Counted from the first letter of the stretch, positions 1-14,644 are shown. The stretch is DNA of 64,000 nucleotides from Squalus acanthias (GCA_030390025.1 CM059430.1:73284001-73348000); one strand, 5' to 3'. The notes: generated by a model from the sequence alone, not told the origin. Numbers and translations are program-made.

Positions 1-3000
1 AGCGAGCGCTCGGCAGTTCGGCTCTGGTTGGGTTCCCACAGGAGCAGAGTGTCATCAACTACACACACGTGCCTATCACGGCACCCACAGATTGCCCAGT
101 AATGTTTGTTAACTGGAAGGACTTCCACTCCCTCAATGTGCCGCCGTCTGCACACTTAAAACGATCATCCTGCGTGTATCAGCAAGATTCCCAGGAGCTG
201 TCTTTCGTCCTGTTCCAGTCCAACCTCCCTCAGCTCTTGATAACTTCGACCAGACTTAGCAGCTGGCTGCTTGGAGACAAGGGGTCTCCACTGAAGACAT
301 GGCTGATGAGACCCTTGAGGAGGCCAAGTAATGAGGTCAAAGAGTGCTATGTTCAAAATCACATGACTATCAGGTGTGTAAAAGAGCAAGCAGCCGGGAT
401 GCTGAAAATGAGCTTTAGATGCCCAGACAGGTCTGGAAGAGCAATTCAATACGCACCAGCCAGGGTCTCCAGACTGATTGGAGCTGCAGGAGGAGCAAAG
501 CGAAGAGAGTAGAGCCTCTTCAGAGGAGGAGGAGGATGATGAGGTGCAGGTGGAATATGAAGATGAGGAGCAGGAGGATCCTGAGGTGGAGTTGGCAACA
601 GCAGCGGCGCACATTGTTGCCCGCGAGGCCCAATATGGCAACATAATGGCACGAATTATTTAATCATGCCAGTGCAGACATATCGCACCCAGATGCTGCA
701 CCAACATCCCCCCACCCCACCAACACAACAAAGCAATCAAAACCATTCCTGCCACACAAACACACACATATTGCTCGAGGTTAATTCATGTCTTACCGTT
801 CTCTCCAACTGACAAGGCATCTTCCCAGGTAGCAGGCAAAATGGACAAGACGAGAAAGCGGTCCAAAGAAATACATTTACATGGTTCCTAAATTGAACCC
901 TCTAACATTTTGGAACACACCCATGTGCATAGCCTTTTGGATCTACGATTGTGTCTTTTTCTTTCAGCAACCCTACGATGTGCAACATCTGTTGATTCAG
1001 TAGAGGTAGAGCCAGGCAGCTCACTTCCCTGATCTGACTGCTTAGACACATTGGTTTTGGATCCTGTGAGGGCCCCACCGGAAACTGCTCCTCCTGCACC
1101 TGTGCAGGGGTAATACTCAGCCATCGGGATCCGAAGCAACATATGGGTCTCTGACTAAGGTGGAGGCAACAGGCGAGTATTGGGAGCACTTTGAGCACAG
1201 TCCCCAAGCCCATGTCCCCTCTCACCATCTTCCCTCTCATGGTCCACTCACATTCCCGGCTAGCAAGGAGCTGGAGAGCACCTTGCTGCACTTCAGTGGG
1301 ATGATGAACGGATAAGTTTAGGTTGGCATCCCTCCTAGAGATGACTGCAATCAGAGTCTGCAAGCTGGTATTCAGAGCAAGCATGCACTCGTTTGACTGG
1401 CACATTTGTGCTCCATGCAAGTGGCCACCATGTCCACGGAAGAAAACATCCTAGCCAACGCTTGTGATAGGGTGCTGCTCATGTTGTAGATAGACTCCTC
1501 CATTCTCCCTACTATCGCATACATCGCGACTGGAAAAGCTGCCAGAGCCTCCCGCCTTTTTTACTGCTCCTCACGAATCATCCTCTTTGTCGACAGCCCA
1601 CGAGGTGCAGTATCTGCATCCAGCTGAGTACTGATTGGAGCGTCCTGCGGCCCCTGACGAAAACTCTGCACTGATGCCCCTGTCTCTACCAGCTGCTCTT
1701 GCTCAATTGTGATCTTAGAGCTGCCAGGTGTCAACACTACTCTCTCACTCACTGGAGCCACAGGCGTGTGCATATCTGCGCTGGTTCTGGGTGCGTACGA
1801 GCCATGTGGCACTGCACCATCAGAGGCTGAGGACTCTTCTGAGGAGTTGTCTTTCTCTTCTGGCTGGACAGTTGTGGGGGGGTGGATGGAGGAGAGGGCA
1901 CTTGATGGGCCTGTGGTAGATTAAAGACATGAATTAGACCTCATATGATAAGAATTGTTTAAGTTACCATATCCACATGATCATATTTCATTGGCTACTG
2001 ACATCAAGTCTTTATGAGTGACTGCTGTATGCCATGTGGCTGTATGATATTTAATTCTGACACAATGTATCTGGATTTTCCCCCTCTCTCCATCTTCCAC
2101 CGACAGCAGCTCCATAAATCCACTGATGTCCAGCGCCTCCCCAAATGCTGCAGTCACTGGAGGGCCACATCTGGTTCTTTGCATCTCCTGCGTGTTCTGT
2201 ATACTCTTCTCTTGCAAGAATGGCAACAAGAGATCTTTGGGTGAAAGTCATGGAAAAAGTGTAAGGTTTGGATTTGTTATATCCATTGAGGGTGACTATG
2301 AGTGAGAGTCGTGACTTTGCTGAATGGCCTCGTCCTAATGGCGTTAATTTCTTGGATAATATAATTGCATTAGAATGAGAATGAGTATCAGTGTTGGATA
2401 GTCAGATGGGGATGTGCATAGGTGCATAGGAAATGAGGGATGTTTGCACCCTAAGGTAGTTTGAAGTGAGGAGTGATATGCAGAAGTAGGCTTTGGAAGG
2501 CAGAGTGAGGGGATTAGGGTGACAAGCACAGCATGATGTACTGCAACGTGGTATTCCAATCAGCTATCCTGCCAACATGTTGTCATTAAATCGCTTCCTG
2601 CAATGTGTCCAGGACCTGGTAACCACACTCCTGCTGCTCACTTCTTCTACCATCTCCAGCCATCCCGTTTGCCTTGGCTGGTGGCATCTTCCTCCCGTTA
2701 CCAGCGAAAAGGACCTCCCTGAGCGACCTGAGTGGCTGGAGCATGATTTCCAGGGAGGCATCACTGAATCTGGGGGCAGCTTTATGTCGTTGAGCCAGCA
2801 TTTTTGCTGATCAATCTTTAACTTTATATTCCAACAAGGAGCTAAGTCTGAAAACAAGCCACTGTCTCCACCACCAACCACTTCGGCACCTCCACCAATC
2901 TTCAACTGTCATAGGTGCATTCCTCCTTTTAACAGCTGAGATGAAGTCAAGTCATCCGTGACGTAATCAGACCCGCTCCAGTTAATTGGCCAGGAAAGCT

Positions 3001-3160
3001 GTATGACTGATTAAATGACAGTGGTCACTGCAGAACGTGCTGTTAGAACATCTGTCTCCCAAACCAATCAACGGTCCCCAACCCCGCCCCCCACTCCCCA
3101 CACTCACCAACCCCCCCACTCACCCCCGCACCCATCCCGAGAGAAAGGTAAAAATTCAGG
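1..3160. mobile_element. Degenerate PIF/Harbinger transposon 1: HARBI1-like DDE transposase remnant (+, ~1-660) convergent with a Myb/SANT-like gene (-, ~890-2800)
   Basis: Transposase motifs FHSLNV, WLLGDKGxPLKTWLM, EQAAGMLKMSFRC plus an acidic tail. Myb/trihelix motifs APRFSDASLE and WLEMVEEVSSRSVVTRSWTHCRKRFND. Frameshifted. Confidence 0.85.
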
Positions 3161-3185
3161 TGAATGTTTTCAGTCTTCCCGATGT

Positions 3186-4050
3186 TTAATTGAAGGAAAT
3201 TTTTGCTCGTCCAATGCTGGACGTCGCATAAGTAGTCTGATAGTATAGAGACGGTTGGCGGGGGATGGGGGGGTCGGGCGGGAGTGGGGTGAGGCCGAGA
3301 GAGGTGCAGGAGAGATAGAGCTGAGTATCATCAGTGCACATGTGAAAACTCACGTAGTGTTGCAAGATGACGTCAATGAGAGGCTGCATGTAGATGAGAA
3401 AGAGGCGTGTGCCAAGGATAGGTCCTGGTGGAACACCATAAGTGACAGTGTGGGATTGGGAAGAGAAGTTACGGCTGGAAAGATAGGAAAGAAAGTAGAT
3501 GTGTGCAGTCCCATCCAGCTGGATGACGGTGGAGAAGCGTTGAATCAGAATTGTGTGGTCAGCCATGTCAAAGGCTGCAGAAAGGTCCAGAAAGAAGATA
3601 AGGTTAAGGTTACCTTTGTCGCAGTCAATTAGGATGTCACTTATGAACTTAGTAAGAGCAGTTTCAGCACTGTCGCAGTTGCGGAAACCTAATTGAAGGG
3701 ATTCAAACAAGGAATTCTTGGAAAGATGTCCACGGATTTGGGAGGCCACAATACGTTCAAGAACTTTGGAGAGGAAATGGACGTTGGAAATGGAGTGATA
3801 GTTTTCAGAGATGGAGGAATCAAGGGTTTTTTTTTTGAAGGAGAGGGGTGATGACTGCAGATTTGAAGGAGAGGGGGACAATACCTGAGTAGAGAGAATC
3901 GTTACCAACATCCGCTAATATGGGAGCCAGGAAGGAAATTTGGGTTCTCTGCAATTTAGTAGAAATAGGTCCAGAGAGCAGGTGATCAGTCTCATTGAAA
4001 AGATGATCTTTGAAAGGCCAAGAGGGGAAGTAGGAGAGTAAGCCTTTCAA
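3186..4050 (-). mobile_element. L2-clade LINE ORF2 (RT) fragment
   Basis: DLSAAFDMADH, YGVPPGPILG and FHMCTDDTQLY motifs. Confidence 0.85.
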
Positions 4051-4334
4051 TGTCTTGTTAAAGAATTTGTCCTTTTCACAGGAATAATTGAAGTGCTCTA
4101 AAAAATAATTGTCTGCATATTAAATAACCAATGCAGAATTTATGTAGAATGCCAACTATTATGTTTTACAGAATTCCTCTTAATTTTGTTTGCATGAATC
4201 ACAGTCCCCAATTAAGATTTCTGGACACAATAACAATGCATAAGTTATTGCAAGCATATAAATGGATGAAAATCAAAAAAATATTCGTCATTTGAATTCA
4301 AGATCAGTTCCAAAAGAAAAGTTACTGGATACAC

Positions 4335-4450
4335 TTACATTAAAGAAGTACTTACATTTATATAGCGCCTTTCACGACCACCGGACGTCTAAATGCGTTT
4401 TACAGCCAATGAAGTACTTTTTTGAAGTGGATTCACTGTTGTAATGAGGG
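4335..4450 (-). mobile_element. SINE/L2-derived 3' tail fragment
   Basis: Reverse complement matches the tail of the SINE at 62830-63270 (cttcaaaagtactt...ggctgtaaa...gctatataaatg). Confidence 0.6.
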
Positions 4451-5107
4451 AAATATAAAAAGAGATCACTTGCAGCCCCATATGATTAACACTTCGCTAA
4501 CAGAATCTTCTTTCTTTCACTGGTTGTCACATACGTCTCGGCAATGGCTATACTGAAGGTTACGTTATATCCCAAATATAACCTGTCCAATCCCTTGCTC
4601 AGTTTCACAATCACCTCTAAGATTCATATGAATTCCTCTACTGCAAACAACACAATCTGCTATTTATTTAATAAAATATAAAATGCTATGCGGTGCTGCG
4701 TACCGCCAGCAATTCCTTATATGTGTTTGTGTGCCGAGCTTTTCTGTTCCAACAGTTCCATTCCCTGACCTGGGGCGGATATGGGAACATTTCACACCCG
4801 CGGTTAATTTGGGGAATTGGCCAATTGGAAGAATAGCTGAATGGAAAATTCCGGACCTATATTTATTCGAACTTGAAATTAAAAGTTGCTTTGTTAAATT
4901 AATAATAATAATCTTAGACGAATAAGTAAAGGGTGTAGTGCCAGCGGACTTGAAGACAGCTAAATATTACTATATTTAAGAAAGGGAGACAGAACAAGTC
5001 CAGGAATCTGTACTGCGGATTCTGGAGATCTATATAAATATAAAGAGAAAATGTTGGACATACTCATCAAGTTAGACAGCATCAGTGGCGAGAGCAACAG
5101 AGTTAAT

Positions 5108-6452
5108 GGCCCATATTTTCCGATCGCAGGCCACCGGCCAGCGGAGGCCTGCGATCTGGAAAAATCAACGCCTTTACGTGAGAGCTCCTGTGCTTTTCCA
5201 AACTCCAAATGTGCAGGGCCCAGGTATCCCAGAGGCGCATGTAGTTCGCAGCGTCCCTGGGATCACGTGGGCCATGGGGAGCCAATCAAAGAAAAAAATC
5301 TCCCTTCATACACTTGAGAGGAAGACCTGTCAAATATATGAATGGAGATCACCCCAAAAACATGGTAAAACTTTAAATACATTTTTAAAAATCACGTATT
5401 TAAAAGGACTTTTAATTACAATAAATTAAGTATTTTAAACAAAAAATTATTTAAAAAAAATGAATTAAAGTTTTTTACGGGGCTAAAAATAAACTTACCT
5501 TTTAAGAGTTTAAAAAAATCGAAAAAATATTTGTTTTTCACGCATTTATACATGAAAAACCCTGTCAAATAAGGTAAGTTGATTTTACCCCCATTAAAAC
5601 ATATCATTATTTTAATCAAAAAATAAAACTTTTATTTAAAATATTTAATTAAATGCCATTTTAAGTAATTTAAAAATATAATGTTTGAAAAATATATTTC
5701 AGCTGTCCGTGTACTGCTAAGTGATCCCCATTCATATTTGTCGGTTTTCAGTAAGTACAGAACTCCCACAACTATGAATGGGGATCCCCTTCTTTTATTG
5801 GTTAGGTTGGCCCACGTGATCCCAGGACCAGCAAAAAATCTACGAAATGTCTGCCTCGGGAACCACGGACTCTCACGCTCCTGACCTCTATGTGTAGACA
5901 TGCGTAGAAGCACACGTACGCAAGGGGCGCAGGTGCTTCGCAATCGCCCCTGGGATCAAGTGGGCCGGCCCAAAGAAAGACAGAAGGGTATCCCATTCAT
6001 ACTTATGGAGGTTCCGTTTTACGAATTCCCCATAGGTATGAATGGGACTGCACCCCAAAATACCTGTACACGTCAAATAAATAAAAAAAACTTTCTAATA
6101 TTTAAAATGAATGAAAATGGCATTTAATTAAATATTTAAAACCACAAAAAAAAATTTGAAAAATAAATTCACGTGTTTTAACGGGGCTAAAAATATACTT
6201 ACCTAATTTCACCGGTTTTAAAATGTATACTTTATTTTAATGTAACTTTTTAAAATTTCATCCACTTTTAAAAGCAGGCCTTACCCCTGGTTTTTACCAG
6301 GCGTAAGGATTTCACCGGCACTCGCTGGGGAGAAGTTGAGCAAAAAAAAGAACTCTTTGCCCGCGGAGGACACTTTCCCGGGGATCCGGTGGATCTGTGA
6401 AGAAAATTCTTGACAGATCGCAAGTTCCAGGTTTAGGCATGCGACCCATTAC
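5108..6452. mobile_element. Harbinger-type non-autonomous element (MITE) with internal foldback
   Basis: Starts GGCCCATATTTTCCG; shares CCTGGGATCACGTGGGCC and AT-rich blocks with the MITEs at 15759 and 49003; nested inverted repeats 5630-6140. Confidence 0.7.
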
Positions 6453-6544
6453 TTCCAAAACACGAATTCTGGAATAGAAACTCCAGAGTCACACAAATAT
6501 ATGAGATTTTTCCATAAAATACTGATACAAGTAACACATTAAAT

Positions 6545-6812
6545 GGCCCAGATATTCCGATACATACGGGTGGGCCCGCGCTGTCTATCCACCCTCAGGG
6601 ACATTGGAAATGCAGGTTTCAGGCATGCACAGCGCATGCGCTGAAAATCGGCATTTCCGATCAGTCAAGAATGGTCTTGACAGATCCTCCGGCTGCCCTG
6701 GAGAAGGGCCTCTGCGGGCGGATAGTTCCGCTTTTTGGAGACCATCGGCCAGCAGAAAACCCATACAATTCTTACGCCTGGTAAAAGCGTTTGCAACCAG
6801 CTTCAGCCAGAA
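6545..6812. mobile_element. Partial MITE of the same family
   Basis: GGCCCAGATATTCCG terminus and GCATGCACAGCGCATGCG motif; cut off by the following LINE. Confidence 0.55.
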
Positions 6813-6834
6813 GTGACGAGTCGATGATCCCTAT

Positions 6835-8480
6835 CGGCCTACTCCTGAGGTCCCCACTATCACAGAAGCCAGTCTTCAGCCAATTCCATTCAATCCACGT
6901 GATATCAAGAAACGGTTGAGCGAACTCGATACAGCAAAGGCTATGGGCCTCGACAACATCCCTGCTATCGTGCTGAAGACTTGTGCGCCAGAACTAGCCG
7001 CGCCTCTAGCCAAGCTGTTCCAGTACAGCTACAACACTGGCATCTATCCGACAGTGTGGAAAACTGCCCAGTTATGTCCTGTCCACAAAAGTCAGGACAA
7101 TTCCATTCCGGCCAATTACCACCCCATCAATCTATTCTCAATCATCAACAAAGTGATTGAAGCTGTCATCAACAGTGCTATCAAGCAGCACTTACTCATC
7201 AATAAACAGCACACTTTTACCAAGTTTGGGTTCCGCCAAGACCACACGGCTCCCGACCTCATTACAGCCTTGGTCCAAACATGAAAAAAGGAGACAAATT
7301 CCAGAGGTGAGGTGAGAGTGACTGCCCTTGACATCAAGGCAGCACTTGACCGAGTGTGGCATCAAGGAGATCGAGTAAAACTGAAGACAATGGGAATCGG
7401 GGGGAAAACTCTCCACATCCTGGAGTCATACCTAGCAAAGGAAGGTGTTTGTGGTTGTTGAAGGTCAATCATGAAAGCCCCAGGACAACGCTGCAGGAGT
7501 TCCTCAGAGCATTGTCCTATGCCCAACCATCTTAACTGCTTCTTCAACGACCTTCCCTTCAACATAAAGTCAGAAAATGAGATGAGACTGCTCAGTGTTC
7601 AAAGCTATTTACATGTCCTCAGATAAGGAAGCAGTCCATGCCCGCATGCAGCAATACCTCGATGACATTCAGGCTTGGGCTGATAAGTGGCAGGTAACAT
7701 TCGCGCCACAGAAGTGCCAGGCAATCACTATCTGCAACAAACGCGATTCTAACCACCGCCCTTGACATTCAACAGCATTAACTTCGCCGAATCCCCACCA
7801 TCAACATCCTGGGTTCATCATTGACAAGAGACTTAACTGTACCAGACACATAAATAATGTGGCAACTAGAGCAGGTCAGTGGCCAGGTATTCTGCGGCGA
7901 GTGTCTCAACTCCTGACTCCCAGAAGCCTTGCCACCATCGACAAGGAGTGTGATGGAATATTCTCTAATTGCCTCGATGATTGAAACTCCAACAACACTC
8001 AAAAAGCTCGAGTCATCTGGGACAAAGCAGCCCGCTTGATTGGCCCCCCATCCATCACATTAAACAGTCACTTTCTCCACCACCGGCGTACCATGGCTGC
8101 AGTTTGGACCACCTATAAGATGCACTGCAGCAACTCGACAATGCTACTTCGGCAGCACCTCTCAAATCCGCGACCTCCTCCATCTGGAAGGACAAGGGCA
8201 GCATGTGCATGGGGGCAACAGGTCCATGGGAACACCACCGCCTCCAAGTTCCCCTCCAAGTCACACATCATCCTTACTTAGAAGTATATCGCCGATACTT
8301 CATCGTCGCTGGGTCCAAATCCTGGAACTCCCTACCCAAGGGCACTGTGGGAGTATCTTCACCACACGGACTGGAGCTTTCTAAGAACGCGGCTCACCAC
8401 CACCTTCTCAAGGGCAATTAATGATGCGCACAAAATGCTGCTCTTTCCAGCGACGCCCACATCCCATAAACGAAAAGAAA
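6835..8480 (+). mobile_element. 5'-truncated CR1-group LINE (family B)
   Basis: APELAAPLAKLFQYSYNTG...NYHPINL RT N-terminal region; family 3' end CACCACCTTCTCAAGGGCAATTA...GCCCACATCCCAT followed by an A-rich tail. Confidence 0.85.
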
Positions 8481-8484
8481 ATAA

Positions 8485-11400
8485 GATCCATGCCCCAGGG
8501 AGAGAGCCCACAGACTTTGCGATCAAGCATTGGAAGTATTGGTGTTTGCTGTGGTGAATGGCAGGGCAGGGCAGTACCAACAAGTGGCAGGAGGCCCTCG
8601 CCGGAAGTACTCTGCACCATGTGGAGGGATGTAGCCCAGCAAGTGTCGCGCAGCACTGTATTCGCCAGGACCCACACACAGTGCAGGAATAAATTGAACT
8701 ACCTCCCTCGGGTGGTCAGGGTGCGTCAAAGCTTCCACAAATGCTAGATACCACTATATGAACCATAGTCTTCACACGCTGCCCAAAGAACCACATCACC
8801 CGCACTCGCCCCTCAACAACCTCTAACGAGCAACACTCACACCCACATCTCACATCTTACACACAATGTCAGCTATTCAACTACGGCAGACAGATCCCCT
8901 AAATACATTTCTGCAGACGCAGTCACACACTTCCACTTATCTTGAAGGCCAAGGTGGCTCACAACAGGAGGGAGCAGGAGTGCACAGGATAGGGACAAGC
9001 CAACTCCCAACCACTGTCTCATTTGGAGGAAAGAGTGTTGCAAATGATTGTGCTCCAGGTGCTGGTCGCCGTGGCCGCCAGCGATGTTGATCCCCTTGGG
9101 GACAACAAAGGTATGTTCATCCCTCCTACTGCTTCTCACATCCCACTTACCCCTCACCCCACAAGCGGTTCGCACTTTCCAACTAATCATGCTGTATGCA
9201 TGCATTTATCAGTTCCTGCCCCCTCCCTTCATCTTAATCCGACACTTGTGCCTTTTTGCTTTCAGTTAATCAGCAAGCCACTGAGCAGCCTGTCCCTGAG
9301 GGCACCGTTGAGTGCGAGGCAAGAGAAGAGGGGGAGGAAGAACACATCACGTCACTGCATGTCTCACTCACAGGCGCCAGCTCAGATATTGTCATTACGT
9401 CTTTTTTAGAGGCTAGTAGCGAGATTAGCAAAGGGTGTATTACCGGGGACATGTCGGCTGCAGCAAGGCCAGGGGCAAATGTTAGCTCAGGGAGCAGCTG
9501 CCTGGGGGTTTAGCTCACGCGCAAGTTCTTTTCCACAGGACCCAGATGTGGACCTCGATGGGGAAGCATTTAAAGAAGGGTTATGGGCATTCACACGGAG
9601 ATGATAGGTGCAATGACAAGCGTGCCCGAGAGCTTCTCTACAATGATAAGTAGCGTGGAGGAGTCCAACTTCAGCATTGCACAAGCTCTGTGCACAACAT
9701 TGAGGCGATCATTTCCAGTCTGCAAAGGATGGCAAACTCCCAGAGAGACCGTGGCGACCCAGCCCTGATGCTATGTGTGATGGGCGATCTTGCAGCTTCC
9801 ACTGAAGCACAAATGGAAGCGACGCAACGTTTAAGTGATGTAATACATTGAATGTTTGGTGGTATTCAATCTCAAATTGAACTCATGCAGTCAGAGCTTG
9901 ATGCAACGCAAGCTCTGACTGCTGGCATCATGTCTGGGTCTACCACGATTTACCGGGGCTTTCACAATGTCACAGCAGGCCAGCAACATTTGCTCCAACA
10001 GATTGCTACGGATGCTGAGATGCTGCCCCGGGGGAGTGGCACTCGGTCAGTGTAGCAGGAGCCTGCTGTGCTCTCCCAGGATGACAGCATTCCTGTTGCC
10101 AAAACTGCCACTCTGGCATTGCGCTTGTTGCTGCCTGTCATCCAACCAGCCCAGCCTGCTGCCTCTCATGCTGAGGTGGTGCAGTCTACAGCCGTGCCTT
10201 CCAGTCTCAAAGCTGGTGGAGGGCGTCCTGCAAGGCCAACTGAAGTCTCCCGCGCAGCCTTCCACCAACCCTGCTGCAGCCACTGGGCCAACACTTCATC
10301 GGAGCACGTGAATAGGCAAAGGCACAGTAACGAGAGAAACTAAGGGGTTGCACAAGCCTGAGTAGTTAATATTGTTCTTGTTTATATGTGTTCACTTATT
10401 ATTGATACATTTATTAATTTAGCTTGGATTATTTTGTGGTCTCCCTCATTTCAACTTTGCGCTGTGATATGGCGTGCAAAAGGAAGGAATGATGGGGATG
10501 TGGTGAGCAACAGTGATCTGGGGTTTAATTTATTGGAACTGTAGTCTGATGAGGCGATCGCGGAATGCCCTTCCGGAAGGCAGATTCAGTGGCTGCCTCC
10601 TCCATTGCTCCTGTTCCTCCTCCTCGTCCTCCTTATTTCCATCTTGCTTCTCATCCTCCTCCTTCTCCTCCTTTCGCTCTTCCTCCTCCTGAGAGTTTCC
10701 CGCAATCCCTGGTGGCAAGGGCTGGGCCTTCATGATGGCCAAGTTTTGGAGCATGCGGCAGACCACCATGAAATGTGACACCCGCTCAGCCGAGTATCGC
10801 AGGGCTCCTCCAGAGCGCTGCAGGCAGCGGAACCGTGAATTGAGCACCTCGATGTTCTACTCGATATTGTTCCTGTTCGCAGCATAGCTGTCATTATATG
10901 AGTGCAGGGCAGCAGTTTTGGTGTTGCATTTGGGAGTCATGAGCCAGGTATGAAGCGGATTGCCCTCGTCTCGAAGCAGCCATCATGACCTTGACGTTGT
11001 GGCTGGAAGAGTGCTGGCACACCGGTCTGGCACAGGATGAAGGCATCGTGGCTGCCTCCAGGATAGCAGACATTCATATTGCGCATTGGCTGGGTGTGGT
11101 TGCGGACCAACTGCACATTAATTGAGTGGTAGACTTTCCGGTCACGCCAGATCTCAGGATTGCTATGCCGTGCCTGCAAAGCCACGTGGGTGCAGTCAAT
11201 GGCGCCCTGCATCATGGGAAATCACGCTATCCTGAAAAAGACACATGCACGCTTGTCCTGCTTGTCTCTGGTGACGGGGAAAGAATTATAATCCCATCTC
11301 GTACTGTAGAGAGGCTCAGTGACCTCCCAGTTACAGCAATGAACGGCGATCTACGAGATATTAGCTATGTCTCCTGTTGCCGTCTGGAAGGAAGCACTGG

Positions 11401-12367
11401 TGAATAAAATGAGGATGGTGGTGACCTTTACTGCCACTGAGATAGCCATGTTCGCAGTGACCTGAGGCTGGAGGTCTGTTTGCAGAAGGTGGCAGTGTTC
11501 TTTGGCCACAGCCTTGGTGAAGTGGAGCCTTCTAATACAATGCTCCTTACTTAATTGGATGTAGAAGTGCTCTCGGAATACCCTCAGAGAGTATTGACAT
11601 CTCCGATGGCCCTCGTCCTCCCTCTGTCCACATATTCCGATATTTCTCACTGCCTCCGATCTCTCTGCCGTCGGTCCTGGAGGGCGAGTTCGACTGCCAG
11701 TACAGCCCACATTAATGTAAGCCAAGTGTAGCATTAGATATTTTTAAACAATAAATGCATAGAAATTTTTGTTCCCACAACACTCCTGATACAGAAGAAT
11801 CTTTATATTACTGAATTAAACTGTTGCAAAATGTCAAATTGACAAGAAAGCACTGAAACTCGACTAACCTGACAGCTGGGACTCATTGCTCATGATCCCT
11901 TTAAATGACATCCCTGGAGCCTGCTTCCCCCTGCTTGACGCCTCCTCTCCCTGTCGCTGTCTGCTCGAGTTGCTAAGATACGTGGCGAAAATTCATTTTG
12001 CATATCGGGCGGCCCTGATGTCATGATTTGCCTGGCATTGAAGTCTCCGATGCACATTGTACCAGCGGCGCAACGGGGGAACCAGATTTGCCGTGTGGCG
12101 CTTGATTCGCCTCGCCCGTTGCTACTGCATTAGCACCCCTTTAGCGCCAGCGAGATCGCAACTCTTTGCAACCTAGACACCTGGAGTTAATTCGTATGTG
12201 TTTGGCGTGTCGGAGGCTGACTCCGGAACTATGCCACTGATGGCAATTTAAATGCCAGCTTTGTATCCTTGGTCGCTGTGGTATGACCTTTGTTGGAATA
12301 GAGCATATGGTAACAAAGAAAGATGGGCAACTAGCCTGCATAAACACTGCGCAAATTTTCGCCTTCC
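8485..12367. mobile_element. Degenerate Harbinger transposon 2: Myb/SANT-like gene (+, ~8490-10340) and transposase (-, ~10530-11650)
   Basis: WRDVAQQVS...RTHTQCRNKLNYL; QGAIDCTHVAL, YHSINVQLV, YPGGSHDAFIL and LNSRFRCL...LQNLA plus an acidic tail. Same tail-to-tail layout as element 1. Confidence 0.88.
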
Positions 12368-12974
12368 ATTTTAGCCGAAACTCAATCTCCAGATCATCTT
12401 TATACCAAGTGACATTATAATCTTCGCTGATAAACCAAGACTTTCATTAACCAATCGCAAAGTGTTTGAACGAGTTTGAGACAAAGCAGCACAAATAATT
12501 AGTTAAGTCAGAAATGCCTTGATAGGAAAAACAGACATTAAAATGAACGAACAACGTGCATAGCGCATGAACAAGGGAATTCAATTAACATATATTTCAG
12601 CAATAACCTGTTGTAAAATTTATCCAACACTATCTAAAGATTGTGCATTTACGTCATTACATTTTACTCTGGGAACAATTGGATAAATTCCGAAGTACAG
12701 TGGATGCTGGAAGCGTTGAAAATGGCGACCCATCCTCAATACCAGGTTTCCGCCCGGCAGCAAGTTGAAATGTACCTTGAAGAGTTGGATTTAAATCCAG
12801 AGCGGTATTCGGCTTGCTGACTGGCAGTGTCACGCACCATTTTGAGACCCATTATTTAAATGGGTGATCAAATTACTAAAATATGTTGGTGATCACAAGA
12901 AACGCTGAGCTGTCGCTAAGTCATGCAAATATCTGAAGCTGCATTTTCTGCATGTCTGCCAATCTAGCTTCATA

Positions 12975-13485
12975 GTTTCTATCTGTCTATCTATCATNNN
13001 NNNNNNNNNNNNNNNNNNNNNNNNNNNNNNNNNNNNNNNNNNNNNNNNNNNNNNNNNNNNNNNNNNNNNNNNNNNNNNNNNNNNNNNNNNNNNNNNNNNN
13101 NNNNNNNNNNNNNNNNNNNNNNNNNNNNNNNNNNNNNNNNNNNNNNNNNNNNNNNNNNNNNNNNNNNNNNNNTCTATATAGATGTGACTTATCTACTTAT
13201 GTTTTTACCGTTGTATCATCCATTTTCTCTATATCTATCTTTTTTCAGTCTATATATATATTTATCTCTATATCTATCTATTATTTAACTATTTATAACT
13301 CAGCTATCGGTATGTCTATTTTTCACTCTATCATTCAGTATACTATCTATCTATCATCTATCTATCTTTTATATAGCAACTATCTTCCCCCTATCTATCT
13401 AGATTCAAACATCTCTCCGTCATTTATCTATCTGTCTATCATCTATCATTGCATCTATCATTCTATCATTCATGTATCAACCTAC
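12975..13485. repeat. Degenerate (TCTA)n microsatellite spanning an assembly gap
   Basis: TCTA/TATC units on both sides of the N run. Confidence 0.85.
12998..13172. other. Assembly gap (175 N)
   Basis: Run of n. Confidence 1.
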
Positions 13486-14644
13486 CAGCTATCGCCCCTC
13501 AGGACAGTCTGTTCAATTACTCGACGCTGACACCGTATTGGTAATGGTTTTGACTTATATTTAGGTGCAGGCAAGTATCAATATATTACAGTATTTAAAC
13601 AACAATTTACAAGGCACCGTTGAAAATTATATTACCCCGTTGTCACATGGTGGAAGATGCAAATTAGTTCCAAGCACAATTTGCTGTCTGTCCTCGGTCC
13701 CTCAGTTCAAAACTCCAGACTGAGAGGCGCTCAATTTTCCGAGGTGAAACCCCAAAAATCAAAACGGTGGAAAAATTCAGCCAATCATGTTTTCTCCAAT
13801 ACTCTCCTCTTTATATCCAATCATAGGGTCGGCGCTCGGTACTTACATGTCATTAACCAGGTTAACTTATTTCTATTTTTAGCACAAGTACAAGCTTCGT
13901 TTGCTTTTGCGGTTAAAGGCTCATGCCGTAGACCTTAAACTGACGAAATTCTAAGTGTAAATACATCTCAGCCGAAGCATCATTCACTTTACTAATTCAA
14001 ATAAAGGATAAAATGTAACTGTAATTCAACCAACATTAGCAAGGAAATGCTTTTGGGAAAACCTAATGCAAAAAATTATTTAAATGAATAATAATTTGAC
14101 AAATATGAAGAGCGCTTTAGTACACATGACCGCAGCATTCTAGTGAATAACAAGATAGCATTTTTCAGACCTCAAAGTTCCTTCTTTGTTTTACAACGAC
14201 AGGATAATGAGGACTTAGTTTTGCTGTATATCTTATCCTTCTGCAAAATGGGCGCTTACTCAAAGCTATTAGCACGTGGACCAAGATTTTTAAGTATACC
14301 TCTCATGCAGCACACCATAATGATTTTTAAGACACATTTTATCGTAGCTTCAGTAATCATAAAACACCTATAGACATGATGCGGGACAAAGGATGCTGCC
14401 CCACATTCTGAACAGTGCCCCACCATAGGTGATTCTCAAAGGTAGATGTCTCTTTTTTAATGTCAGTATTACGTTGTTTCAGATCGATGTCAGTCATTCA
14501 TTTTACGGGATTTAAACTACAGAATTAATTCAAGAACATGTTTTCAGTCACTACATCTCCATCTTAATCTTCAACGGCCCCTGCTGAACCTCACAGCATT
14601 ATCTAATGTCCTAATCTTGTTAGAATCACTTACATTTCTCAAGC

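Noticed and set aside
478-663. Acidic ORFs (478-663, 10530-10847) as host genes
   Set aside because: They are the acidic tails of Harbinger transposases.
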